A DNA stretch of 64,000 bases, from NCBI GenBank assembly GCA_965218435.1, contig CBDCKW010000005.1:448001-512000 (forward strand). Reading direction: 5' to 3'. This DNA is from Truepera sp. Its GTDB lineage: Bacteria > Deinococcota > Deinococci > Deinococcales > Trueperaceae. This document shows positions 9,834 through 17,561 of the stretch, piece after piece (positions within the stretch are counted from its first letter, which is position 1; every line of letters begins with the position of its first letter). The notes under the pieces are model-generated. The model worked only from the letters and a program-made list of their open reading frames with translations, did not search any database and had not been told where the DNA came from. The translations under genes and the position numbers were made by a program.

Positions 9834-10167
9834 GACTTTCCTCCTTGACGAGTTCTTTGACGTAGCTGTCGAACTGATCGAGCCTTTTTTCCCACAGTCC
9901 AAGCTGCACCTTCAGCCACTGCTCGGCGCTTTCAACTTGTTCGGGTACAAGATGAAACGTCCGTATCCGGCCTACTTTTTCTGAGCGAACCAGTCGGCCC
10001 CTTTCTAGTACCTGAAGGTGCTGCATAAACGAAGGTAGTGCCATCTCAAACGGCTCGGCCAGCTCGGTTACTGAGGCAGGGCCACGACTAAGCCGCTCTA
10101 AGACTTGCCGCCGGGTCGGGTCGGCAAGGGCCTGAAAAGTCTGGTCGAGGTTCTGATAGTTAGGCAC
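9826..10167 (-). CDS. ArsR/SmtB-family regulator
   Basis: [35 protein letters not shown]...LV...K.GR.R. Confidence 0.9.
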   Translation of the reverse strand: MPNYQNLDQTFQALADPTRRQVLERLSRGPASVTELAEPFEMALPSFMQHLQVLERGRLVRSEKVGRIRTFHLVPEQVESAEQWLKVQLGLWEKRLDQFDSYVKELVKEESHE

Positions 10168-10211
10168 TTGCCTAAGCGTACATCAAAAGGACACTTAGGT
10201 CAATACCTAAG
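10160..10211. promoter_or_regulatory. probable ArsR operator, two related palindromes
   Basis: TTAGGCA-CT-TGCCTAA (10160..10175, over the start codon) and CTTAGGT-CAAT-ACCTAAG (10194..10211). Confidence 0.65.
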
Positions 10212-10318
10212 CGTTGGCTCAGGCTTAATCAGCTCGTGTGCTTAATGAAAAAATCTTCTGCCGATAACCCAACCGCTATGCTGCTTTAGATCATGCTCTG
10301 CGGCTGTTTTTAACGCTG

Positions 10319-10756
10319 TCATGATTGGGTAGATAGATCCGAAACAAAACGGAGCTGTACCTCATCGGCTTCACTCAAACCCGACTGCTCAAAGGCTTCT
10401 TGCAGCGTGTCGTAGCGAGCGACGTAACTAACCTGGCCGTTCTCAACCCGGTAATGAGAGGCGAGCTTAGCTTGGCTCACGATGTCACCGGTCATCACGT
10501 CACCGGTGGTTAGGTCGCGCCAGACGCCGAGTTGTTCATTGACCACCGTTTTACCTCGAGCGAAACTACGACGCGTTTCTAGGCTCAACCCTGCTTGAGC
10601 AAGCCAGTCTCTAAGCATGTCGCGTCCGAAGGCGGAGCCGCGCGGCCCGACCAGCTCTATCTCAGGGTGCGAAAGGTCGAGTAGGCGCTCTACCTCAGCT
10701 GTGTTGACGGTTTCTTCCCAAATACGGACAATCTCAGCAGCTTCTTGAAGTTTCAT
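10319..10756 (-). CDS. SnoaL/NTF2-like protein
   Basis: IVR.W.E.VN......LL.L.HPEIEL.GPRG...G...LR.W pattern. Confidence 0.7.
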   Translation of the reverse strand: MKLQEAAEIVRIWEETVNTAEVERLLDLSHPEIELVGPRGSAFGRDMLRDWLAQAGLSLETRRSFARGKTVVNEQLGVWRDLTTGDVMTGDIVSQAKLASHYRVENGQVSYVARYDTLQEAFEQSGLSEADEVQLRFVSDLSTQS

Positions 10757-10795
10757 CGTTTCTCCAGTCTTTGACTTGTCTCAATAACAAGCTTA

Positions 10796-10816
10796 ATGTA
10801 TGTATAGCACATACAT
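10796..10816. promoter_or_regulatory. probable MarR operator in divergent promoter
   Basis: ATGTATGT-ATAGC-ACATACAT perfect 8-5-8 palindrome. Confidence 0.6.
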
Positions 10817-10852
10817 ATTTGTTTTGCACGTACTTGATGATATCATTGAACT

Positions 10853-11365
10853 GTGAACTCAGAAAAAGTTGTCCAGTTACCCGACAATGCGTTGCCAAGT
10901 GACGCCGGAAAAGCGCTGTTCCGGTTGGGGAGATTCCTCAATAAGCAGTCCTTACCCGAATCGCTAAAAACTCGAACCGCAGGGGGGATAGAGCTTTCAC
11001 AGATTTTGACGGTTCAAGCTGTTGAAGCGGTTCTCGAGACCGGTCAAGAGGCAACTGTGGGCGCGGTCGCGCTGAACCTTGGTCTCGAGCCCTCAACCGC
11101 CAGCCGTATAGTCGCGGAAGCTGTACAGCATGGCCTGTTAACCCGTGGTGCGTCTCAAGCTGACGGACGGCGCAGCCTACTTGAACTCACGCAGGCAGGG
11201 CGGAGCTTGGCAGAAGATGCCGCTGACTATCAGCGGTCGGTCTTCGAGTCGGTTACAGATAGTTGGGCAGCTGAGGAACGTAAAGAGTTCGCACGCCTGT
11301 TCGTCATGTTTGTCGAAAGATTAGCTAGTTTGCCCACAAGTGAAGGTATACAAGAAGCAAAATAG
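10853..11365 (+). CDS. MarR-family regulator
   Basis: TVGAVA..LGLEPSTASRIV...V..GLL.R....DGRR..L.LT.AG; TAG stop lies inside the junction site. Confidence 0.88.
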   Translation: MNSEKVVQLPDNALPSDAGKALFRLGRFLNKQSLPESLKTRTAGGIELSQILTVQAVEAVLETGQEATVGAVALNLGLEPSTASRIVAEAVQHGLLTRGASQADGRRSLLELTQAGRSLAEDAADYQRSVFESVTDSWAAEERKEFARLFVMFVERLASLPTSEGIQEAK

Positions 11366-11379
11366 CGAAGCGTGTTACA
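11353..11379. repeat. array junction site
   Basis: AGAAGCAAAAT-AGCGA-AGCGTGTTACA. Confidence 0.65.
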
Positions 11380-11520
11380 GCCCAAACGGGTTATCGAGTT
11401 AGCTGCTCTTTATGCGCGCCATGTCGTCGGGGTTCGTGACCAAGGCGAGCCGTTACCACCGCTTTGGTCCCAACCCAGAACCAGACTTCAGCAGCGATTT
11501 CCATCTGGCGCGTCGTGAGC

Positions 11521-12054
11521 TTAAGCAGGCAGGTAGGTCAACCTGAGCACATCCTCGCCAATCCGATCATGAGCCACAAGGCGGAGCGGCGGCCGGGGTC
11601 CGGCAAAATAGGGCTTGCCGTGACCTAGCACGACCGGGTGCAGGTAGATTCGGTACTCATCGATCAGACCAAGGTCAGTGAGGTTTTGCGCCAAGTTCGG
11701 GCCAGCGACTTCGATCTCCCCGTCGCGCTCAGCCTTCAGCTCGCGGATCGTGCCCTCGAGATCAGCCTTAACAAGTCTGGCGTTGGGGCCGACCGACGTG
11801 AGCGAGCGTGAGACGACCCATTTCGGCTGGTTTCGCCACGCCGCTGCGAAGGCGTGTTCCGCTGCGTCCCATTCAGGCTGATCGTCATCCCAGTAACGCA
11901 TGAGCTCATACACATTGCGACCGTAGACACTGCCCACCTGCCTCTGAGCCTCTTCGATGAAGTGGCGGAAGAGCAGAGGGCTTGGCACGGGCAACGCCGT
12001 ATGATCGACGTAGCCGTCCAATGATTGATTCATCCCGAACACGAGCTTAGCCAT
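11521..12054 (-). CDS. dihydrofolate reductase/RibD C-terminal family protein
   Basis: MNQSLDGYVD, YGR.VYELM.YW, PKWVVSRSL, GLIDEYRIYLHPVVLG.G. Confidence 0.9.
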   Translation of the reverse strand: MAKLVFGMNQSLDGYVDHTALPVPSPLLFRHFIEEAQRQVGSVYGRNVYELMRYWDDDQPEWDAAEHAFAAAWRNQPKWVVSRSLTSVGPNARLVKADLEGTIRELKAERDGEIEVAGPNLAQNLTDLGLIDEYRIYLHPVVLGHGKPYFAGPRPPLRLVAHDRIGEDVLRLTYLPA

Positions 12055-12211
12055 TGCCTGTACCCAATAAGGTTTTCATATGTGGGTTACCTCCCAAGGT
12101 CAAACCTAGCAAGATTACGACTGCGCTGCTTCTTGAATCTTGCGCGTTTAAGGAACTCGCTTGTTTATCTTGTTCGTCAAGCGGTTGGCTAGCACGCCTG
12201 TGAATGAGAGT

Positions 12212-12248
12212 AGAGAAGAAACACTCTTCGCTAGAGTGTTTCTTCTCT
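12212..12248. repeat. array junction site, perfect 16-5-16 palindrome
   Basis: AGAGAAGAAACACTCT-TCGCT-AGAGTGTTTCTTCTCT. Confidence 0.85.
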
Positions 12249-13129
12249 CATGACAGGTAACGAACGATACGTTCACACCGAGCAGGGTCACAAGTGAGAC
12301 CGACACTTAGCCCCCACAGCCAGTAGTCCACGCAGCGAACGTAGGTCCATAAACGCGTCAGCTCGTCACCTAGCTCCGCAGCTTCAACCAACGTTCGGAA
12401 ATGCGTCTCGAAACCACCTTGCGCTTCGATATCCTCCAAGCGACACCAGAAAAGCTGGGCGACCCCAAATTCAGGCTTACCCACCACAACTTTCGGATCG
12501 ACAACTAGCCACGGTTCGCGCTCGCTTGCAAGGGTATCAAGGTAATGAAGGTCGTAGTTCACCAGCAGGGTACCCGTGCTATCAGCCAGCTGAGCGGTAA
12601 GCTCACAGGTGTGGTCAAGAACTTGTCTGGGCAGAGCTTGACCGTATTTTGCCCAACGCTGCGGCATCATCTCGAGGGCTTCTTGCCCCCACTCCCAAGT
12701 CGTCATGACGCCAACCGGAGCAGGAACGGCTAGGCGGCGCAGTAATTGACCTGCTACGGGTATGGCCTCTTTAATGAGAATGTCGTTGAGAGAACGTTTG
12801 AAGTCCAACCGCTCTAATACCATCGCGCCGTGTTGTGGCGAGGTTTCCAGTAACCGAACAGCTCCCCGACCGCCCCAGATGGCGAGTGCGAGAGATTCGG
12901 TGCGAGTAGAGCCGTCCAGCCAAGAGACTTTGAGAACGCACGCTTCCTCTCCTCTCTGGACCGGAAAAGCTAAACTTAGACCACCGTGCATCACGGGACC
13001 ATCAACCCGCAAATCCCACTGCCGACACAGCATCTCAACAAGGGCCGGTAAGTGGTCGAGCCATGCCTGGCCCGCTACGCCCTCACGAGCTACCGTATCG
13101 GCAGCAAAGCGTCTGGGAACTACAATCAT
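12248..13129 (-). CDS. aminoglycoside/hydroxyurea phosphotransferase, APH(6)-like
   Basis: W.GRGAVRLL, M.LERL, DLHY.D.L, W.VVDPK...G.PEF. Confidence 0.85.
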   Translation of the reverse strand: MIVVPRRFAADTVAREGVAGQAWLDHLPALVEMLCRQWDLRVDGPVMHGGLSLAFPVQRGEEACVLKVSWLDGSTRTESLALAIWGGRGAVRLLETSPQHGAMVLERLDFKRSLNDILIKEAIPVAGQLLRRLAVPAPVGVMTTWEWGQEALEMMPQRWAKYGQALPRQVLDHTCELTAQLADSTGTLLVNYDLHYLDTLASEREPWLVVDPKVVVGKPEFGVAQLFWCRLEDIEAQGGFETHFRTLVEAAELGDELTRLWTYVRCVDYWLWGLSVGLTCDPARCERIVRYLS

Positions 13130-13173
13130 AGAGGTACTTTACAGCATCGATTTGCGTGTGCTCAGTAGAAATC

Positions 13174-13200
13174 TGAAATGGAATAGCGAAGAGTGTTTCA
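13174..13200. repeat. array junction site
   Basis: TGAAATGGAAT-AGCGA-AGAGTGTTTCA; the right arm AGAGTGTTTCAACTT is identical to 5162..5176. Confidence 0.8.
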
Positions 13201-13216
13201 ACTTGTCTTCAGATGT

Positions 13217-13663
13217 TCAGTTATCTTCAAACCAGTCTTCAAGTGCTTTCCACTCGTTCTCTCTGACGGGAAAGTTCGTTCCTCTTGCCTGGGCAAAGAT
13301 CGAGAGATTCCATAAGTCGGGGTCACACTGCAAAAAATCGCGGTAGAGCGGCTTCTCGACGATGACCTTTTCATATTTTACTTTGACACGCGGATGGACT
13401 CTGAGACCGTCGTTAGGATCTGTCCAGTAGCTTCGTCCCTGCACGGAATCCGGGCGCACAACGGGATCGGTCGTGACAATTCCTAAAGCGTAGACGCCTG
13501 CCTTTTTACCGGAGATCCAGATCAGCACTCTATCGCCCATTTTGATTTTTGCATGGTGCTGTTTGCAGTTCCAGAACTCCTCGGCTTCTACGGCTAAAGA
13601 GGTGTGGATGTCGTAGAGGTTCGGATTTGCCTGAAATATCCAGGTAGCTTGGCTGCTCGTCAT
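13217..13663 (-). CDS. EVE-domain protein
   Basis: WIFQANP..YD, W, IK.GDRVLIWISG..AGVYA.G, L.I....GTNFPV...EW; ATGA overlap with the upstream gene. Confidence 0.8.
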   Translation of the reverse strand: MTSSQATWIFQANPNLYDIHTSLAVEAEEFWNCKQHHAKIKMGDRVLIWISGKKAGVYALGIVTTDPVVRPDSVQGRSYWTDPNDGLRVHPRVKVKYEKVIVEKPLYRDFLQCDPDLWNLSIFAQARGTNFPVRENEWKALEDWFEDN

Positions 13664-14628
13664 GCTTGGTTTTCCTCTGGTAAAGCATCGAGGGAGGTTA
13701 ATTCTCGTCCGTCTACGGCGATGTACCTCGGGTAAGGAGGCAAGACGTCGCGTCCGTAGAAGTGGGGTATTTCCGAAGGGTTAACGGTGCGGCCTTGCCA
13801 AGGCAGGGGTGGGGCGTACATGATGGCCGCTTCACGCTCAACGCATAAGAGTGACGACATCAGGGTAGCGTCGTCGTCTAGGTGATAGCGGTGCAACTGT
13901 GGGAGTTGTGTGGTGACACCCAAACCGTGATTGATAAGGAAGGTCTGGGTTGCCAACATTGACGCCCTCGTCCATAGACGTTCGTGGTCGGTGGGGAGCA
14001 AGATGTACCCTGCCGACCGCACACTGTTTGTAAGTTCGCACCCTCGTGTGATGAAGAGGCGTGCGCTCGCACCCGAATTGCTGGCTCCGTAGGATGGGTT
14101 GGTATAAAACGCGTCGAAGGTACCGATAAGTTCTTTTGGAGGCGGATCGAACACGTTATAAAGCCTGCCTGCAAACCACTCTGAGAAATGATGCCCTTCG
14201 GCGAATGTCCTGGCGACCTCGAGGAGACAGTCGTCAAAATCGAGTAGCGCCATCTGTGCTGGACCCCTAAGTAGGCCGTGGCTACTGAGTAGACCCAGGA
14301 GTAGACTGGTTCCGTCATGATCGCCGACAAACACGACGCGCTTGCCCGCCAGATGCGGCGCAATCAGCTTGACCTGACATAAGAGGTCGCTTCCGCGCAT
14401 CGGAATCTGATCGAAGTCCCTTAGCGACTCCGGGCGGGCATCTTCCCAAAGTGCGAGCAGCTGCTCCTCTTCGGGCGTGACTTGCCGATAAACAGCGTTC
14501 TTCAGAAGACTGCCGAGTGCTGCGTAAGCGCCCGTTCCTCCTGCTACCGTTACGTCTGAGGATGACGATATATGAGCAGGCATCCTAGGATGCCTGCTCA
14601 TATTAAGTCCTTGGTCGGGCGACCTCAT
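13660..14628 (-). CDS. BpsA/DUF43-like class I SAM-dependent transferase
   Basis: RPESLRDFDQIPM, GKRVVFVGDHDGTSL, LLDFD, FDAFYTNPSYG, LFITRG. Confidence 0.75.
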   Translation of the reverse strand: MRSPDQGLNMSRHPRMPAHISSSSDVTVAGGTGAYAALGSLLKNAVYRQVTPEEEQLLALWEDARPESLRDFDQIPMRGSDLLCQVKLIAPHLAGKRVVFVGDHDGTSLLLGLLSSHGLLRGPAQMALLDFDDCLLEVARTFAEGHHFSEWFAGRLYNVFDPPPKELIGTFDAFYTNPSYGASNSGASARLFITRGCELTNSVRSAGYILLPTDHERLWTRASMLATQTFLINHGLGVTTQLPQLHRYHLDDDATLMSSLLCVEREAAIMYAPPLPWQGRTVNPSEIPHFYGRDVLPPYPRYIAVDGRELTSLDALPEENQA

Positions 14629-15206
14629 GCGGCCGCCTCCAGATCGTCACCCTGCTGGTAGTGATCCCAGAGATTGAGCGTTTTGATCCGCATCTCGACG
14701 AGCTCGACACTGGCCCCGTACTTGCCAGCGATGTGCGCGGCACTGTCACCTCGGTAAACCGCTTTGGCGACCTCTTTTGAAGGAAGTAGAGCGGCAGCAG
14801 CCGTAAACTTGGCTTCTTGCTCTTCTTCCTGATAGTAGGCGGCGCGTCCGCTGGAGCCGATGCTCACAGGGGTATGTCCGTGGTAGTGATGTGCAACCTC
14901 TTCGAGAAGTGTAACGCGGGCACGCTCAGGCGTCTGTTGACGGTTTAGCACTACAAAGAGTTTCCCTATAGGCAGTTCGTGGCTCATCCCAGACCACTCT
15001 TTGGCGTCTAAACGGTCCAACTCCGCCAGAACCTCTTCAGATAAGTTAGGAATCTCGTCGTGATATTTCAACACGACGCCTAGCTCGGCTTGCAAAGTTA
15101 AGGGGTCAAAAGGCTCATAGGATCCGACGCCTGCTTTTGCCCTAAGTGACCTGGCGCTCTCCTCGTAGTGATGCATGATGTCTTTAGTCAGTTGGGGCTT
15201 GGGCAC
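14625..15206 (-). CDS. ImmA/IrrE-family metallopeptidase-like protein (EExxH variant)
   Basis: WSG, LN..Q..ER.RVTLLEEVAHHY.GH, EQEA...AAA.LLP, C-terminal HTH (IA.KYG.S.E.V.MR). Confidence 0.8.
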   Translation of the reverse strand: MPKPQLTKDIMHHYEESARSLRAKAGVGSYEPFDPLTLQAELGVVLKYHDEIPNLSEEVLAELDRLDAKEWSGMSHELPIGKLFVVLNRQQTPERARVTLLEEVAHHYHGHTPVSIGSSGRAAYYQEEEQEAKFTAAAALLPSKEVAKAVYRGDSAAHIAGKYGASVELVEMRIKTLNLWDHYQQGDDLEAAA

Positions 15207-15223
15207 GTCATCTCCTTATCTCC

Positions 15224-15838
15224 TTAAGCAGTTTCTTCGTTCGCAGCGGCTTCATAAGCAAACTGGAACATCTGTGCAAGATTTTTAGCGGCTTTGGGGC
15301 TTAGTTTGGGATCAGCACGCAAGAAGGCAGATACCTGATGCGGCACATTCGTGGGCGGAACCATCTCTGCTAAATCCTGAGCAGTCTCTACACCACGAAG
15401 CTCTCTATGCAGATTGACCCCAAAATGCTCTTCCATCTGAAACGAGATGCCCATAGCCTCGAGGATGCGTTGTGCCCGCTCGACAGTCACGCCGTGGTAC
15501 TCATTGCGCTCGTCACGTGATACTTGCGCGTCGGATACGCCAAGCTCTTGGGCAAGTTCTTTTTGACTCCAACCTCGGGCAATACGTGCGCCGATCAGCC
15601 ACCGACCCACGCTTTCTAAGCTCTCGAGCGTCCCAAGGTCGCCCCGCTTCATGTTCTCGTAAGCCAAGACCTCCTCCTCGAGCTGGGCTCGAAACGAAAG
15701 TAAAGGATGCAGGGCGCGCTCGAGCGCGTCACCCGTCAGGCCAGCCTCTACAAGTTGGTTTCTTTGAGCCTCCAGCTGTATTTTTCCTTCCTCGAGCTGT
15801 TTGAGCATTCTTTGGTATTCGCTTTCGGTGCGGATCAT
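15224..15838 (-). CDS. XRE-family HTH regulator with N-terminal helical extension
   Basis: MIRTESEYQ helical N-terminus; LIGARIARGWSQKELAQELGVSDAQVSRDERNEY. Confidence 0.85.
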   Translation of the reverse strand: MIRTESEYQRMLKQLEEGKIQLEAQRNQLVEAGLTGDALERALHPLLSFRAQLEEEVLAYENMKRGDLGTLESLESVGRWLIGARIARGWSQKELAQELGVSDAQVSRDERNEYHGVTVERAQRILEAMGISFQMEEHFGVNLHRELRGVETAQDLAEMVPPTNVPHQVSAFLRADPKLSPKAAKNLAQMFQFAYEAAANEETA

Positions 15839-16380
15839 CTTAGACCTCCTTCCTTTTGTAGTAAGACGACCCCCTTCTGGGCAAAGGTGGCGCGTTGTAA
15901 TCGAAACGCTGAGGGGAACGTCAAGGGTTGACCGTAGGGATCGGTGATCCCTGAAAACTGATCAAAGTGGGGGAAGAGTTCGACCCGGTAACGGTGCCAC
16001 ATGGGGAGCTGCTTTTTGATATGCCCCCGATAAGGTCGCCGCGTTGCCGGATCCCAAGTCCAGACCTTATGGGGATCGAGAGCGTTGAGCTGCCGCGTGA
16101 GATCGTCTAAGGCAACCGCGTCACAAGTAAAGTAGCCGTCGATATCATTGGGATGAGCTTTATCTTCGACAAAAGAACCGTCTAGTACGACTTCAGCAAT
16201 TCCTACCTCCCATAACTGCCTGACAAGAATCTCGGCCTGGTTGACCAATTGCAAGCGCCAGTCTCGATCCCAGCCTTCGCGGTCGTTCTCTACTAAGGAC
16301 GATTCACGGAGTTGGGAGAAGGTGGTGGGGTAGTCACCTGCTGGTAGCAGGCCCCGGTTATCGAAGTCAGGAATCGTCAC
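15835..16380 (-). CDS. minimal nucleotidyltransferase, DUF6932-like
   Basis: IPDFD.RGLLP.GDY, LDGSFV.DK.HPNDID (polbeta GS/DxD motif), C-terminal KGVV.L. Confidence 0.75.
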   Translation of the reverse strand: MTIPDFDNRGLLPAGDYPTTFSQLRESSLVENDREGWDRDWRLQLVNQAEILVRQLWEVGIAEVVLDGSFVEDKAHPNDIDGYFTCDAVALDDLTRQLNALDPHKVWTWDPATRRPYRGHIKKQLPMWHRYRVELFPHFDQFSGITDPYGQPLTFPSAFRLQRATFAQKGVVLLQKEGGLR

Positions 16381-16389
16381 TTCGATATA

Positions 16390-16408
16390 TTATCATAAAT
16401 GATGATAA
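16390..16408. promoter_or_regulatory. candidate operator of the five-gene operon
   Basis: TTATCAT-AAATG-ATGATAA palindrome in AT-rich DNA 10 bp upstream of the GTG. Confidence 0.5.
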
Positions 16409-16513
16409 ATTACTAGACGATAAACATTTATGTTAATTTCTGGATTGTTAAACGCTGTAGCGTTGGCAGCAGGTGTAGATTGCTCAAGCAGAACTACAAC
16501 CATCTGCTCAGTT

Positions 16514-16828
16514 TTAGTGAGGTAGAACTTGTATCCGGTACCGCCCCACTCGGTTCGCCGCAGGCTCGAGCCCTTCCAAGAGCCCTAGCTCGACAAGCCT
16601 TTGCAGCGCCTCGGTCGCGTTCCGGTGCGAGATGCCTAGCAGCCCCTCGAGCTGCCTGACCGACACCTCAACCTCACCGTAGGGCTCGAGATAGAGGTAA
16701 ACGAGCCGCGTTGTCAGCGTCTCATCTTTAAGTGCTTCAGACAGGTGCGGCGGGTCTCTAGGCACGTCACGTCCGTCACTAGCGCCAAGGTGTGTTGGGT
16801 TTCCCCTCAGTTCGACCGCCTGGTACAC
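16514..16828 (-). CDS. small winged-HTH protein
   Basis: RLVYLYL...SVRQLEGLLGISHRNATEALQRLVELGLL. Confidence 0.6.
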   Translation of the reverse strand: MYQAVELRGNPTHLGASDGRDVPRDPPHLSEALKDETLTTRLVYLYLEPYGEVEVSVRQLEGLLGISHRNATEALQRLVELGLLEGLEPAANRVGRYRIQVLPH

Positions 16829-16929
16829 CGCTCGGACTGCTCGGCGCGGCTTTTAGCGCAGGTTCGATCTTCGGCGCGGCTTGGCACGCAGCCCGAAAAC
16901 GCGCTTCCCCCGCAAGACTCTAAACTCTG

Positions 16930-17260
16930 AGTGCTTTTCTGCTTGCAGCTGCACTTATTGCATTAGCGTTTACACCTGACTCACCAAGCGCGTCTTTAGC
17001 GTTATTTCTTGCGGGAGCATTCGCCGTTATCTTCAAAGTGAGTAACGAGTCCAGCATTCAGCTCAGTGTTCCAGACGTGCTACGTGGCAGGGTGCTCAGC
17101 GTGTATTTCTTTTTAGGTGGCGGCTCAGCGCCGCTCAGCTCGCTACTCCTTGCAGGTGCGATGGGGTCGTGGGGCCACGCCGAGAACTTATTGTGGTGGC
17201 AGTTCTGGCACTCGGTGGTATCGGTGTACGGGGCAGATTGTACGGCGTCCTCTTTGAAAA
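16930..17260 (+). pseudogene. MFS transporter C-terminal fragment
   Basis: Hydrophobic helices plus IQLSVPDVLRGRVLSVY motif; no N-terminus, frameshifted. Confidence 0.7.
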
Positions 17261-17561
17261 TCTACAACCTTGTGCGGTGGTTGAGCGCGATGCGCGCGTC
17301 CCCACGTTCAAGAATCGAGCTTTGTTCTGTTGTTCATCTCGGACGTGCTCCTCGAGGTCGGCTCTAACCCAGATTTTATCGCCGGTCGTGTCATAGCTCG
17401 AACATCACGCTTCTATCCGCGCTTCTGCCGCCGACAATTCAAAGCCGCAATTGTGGTCTGCAGGTTACTCGCTACGGCAGATGGACTCGCGCTGCGTGTG
17501 CTGATCGGTCAGCTGAGCACAGCAGAAGCTGTAGAGAGCCTCGAGCAGGATTTGACCAGGC

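Noticed and set aside
16413..16438. dif-like site (TTATGTTAATT resembles the XerD arm)
   Set aside because: Only 4 nt separate it from the putative GATAA XerC end, not 6; it lies in an AT-rich promoter.
14625..16440. Canonical Deinococcus IrrE/DdrO radiation regulon
   Set aside because: The peptidase is short and lacks HExxH, the XRE architecture differs from DdrO, and I saw no RDRM palindrome upstream.
2105..16463. Junction repeats as a CRISPR array or integron attC sites
   Set aside because: Spacing is 0.1-3 kb with whole genes between and no cas genes; no RYYYAAC...GTTRRRY paired cores and no IntI.
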